A stretch of DNA of 38,013 nt from a virus. The notes beneath the pieces are model-generated. The model worked only from the letters and a program-made list of their open reading frames with translations. It searched no databases and had not been told where the DNA came from. Shown piece after piece: positions 37,781 through 38,013 of the stretch. The position numbers and the translations under genes were made by a program. Each line of letters opens with the position of its first letter. The first letter of the stretch is position 1. Location of the stretch: positions 1 to 38,013 of IMG/VR virus record IMGVR_UViG_3300015202_000002; one strand, given 5' to 3'.

Positions 37781-38013
37781 TTCTAAGTGAGGACAAGGAC
37801 GAACTCGCATCACAATTAAGGTCAAGTTTATTAGAGTTTACACAATTCTTCTATCCTTTACTTACAGGAAGGCAATTCATTGTCTCACAACCTGTTGGCC
37901 GTGAATCGCATCATATTACGATTTGTCGCGCATTAAGTGAAGCATCTCGTCTTGAGATTCCAGACCATCGATTGCTTGTTAATATTAGCCCAGGCTCAGG
38001 CAAGTCAACATTG
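37777..38013 (+). CDS. terL: Terminase large subunit, N-terminal part (continues at nt 128 via the circular junction)
   Basis: ATG 37777. MILSEDKDELASQL...LVNISPGSGKSTL runs into the terminal repeat in the same frame as 2-1435. Confidence 0.92.
   Translation, partial: MILSEDKDELASQLRSSLLEFTQFFYPLLTGRQFIVSQPVGRESHHITICRALSEASRLEIPDHRLLVNISPGSGKSTL
37887..38013. repeat. Terminal direct repeat, copy 2 (identical to 1-127)
   Basis: See copy 1. Confidence 0.97.

Noticed and set aside
1-38013. CRISPR array, integrase/att site, or transposase
   Set aside because: There are no regularly spaced direct repeats of 24-40 nt and no tyrosine or serine recombinase or DDE-like ORF in any frame. The only long exact repeat is the 127-nt assembly overlap.

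Overview
The window is one complete phage genome. Nt 1-127 are identical to nt 37887-38013, so the unique sequence is 37,886 bp. The record is a circular, or circularly permuted, molecule opened inside the large-terminase gene. The phage is an AT-rich, tightly packed tailed dsDNA phage, with many ATGA/TAATG stop-start overlaps and a recurrent TAAGGATA-type Shine-Dalgarno. Its morphogenesis order is P22-like (short tail): TerL, portal, then an insert of about 10 small, mostly Lys-rich ORFs plus a fibre-like gene plus an antisense AlpA/Xis-like HTH gene. Scaffold, coat, a virion protein and an adaptor-like protein follow, then a second insert (an Endo VII-type nuclease and a small membrane protein). 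Next come a gp10-like tail hub, three low-complexity ejection-type proteins, a tail-collar fibre, four tandem fibre paralogs, a GH108 endolysin and RusA. A leftward Exo/RecT/SSB operon and a rightward early operon diverge from a compact bidirectional promoter/operator. The rightward operon carries a Cro-like HTH, small membrane proteins, a secreted transglutaminase-like protein, DUF3310, a replication initiator and a primase-helicase. A second, paralogous promoter/operator drives a leftward 4-gene operon of tiny ORFs and a rightward block. That block starts with TerS and runs through about 12 small ORFs and two G+C-rich non-coding islands to TerL. I recognised no integrase, CI-type repressor, tRNA, CRISPR array, reverse transcriptase or DNA polymerase. 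Items most worth follow-up: (i) a G+C-rich tandemly duplicated leader in front of the scaffold/coat operon next to the antisense HTH gene; (ii) the nuclease insertion with a relic duplicated gene end and an RBS-sequestering hairpin; (iii) the paralogous 24-bp palindromic operators and leader repeats; (iv) the structured non-coding island between TerS and TerL, and a conserved intergenic box; (v) the fibre-paralog array; (vi) the Lys-rich ORF cluster in the head module. All functional calls rest on my reading of motifs and synteny, not on database searches.
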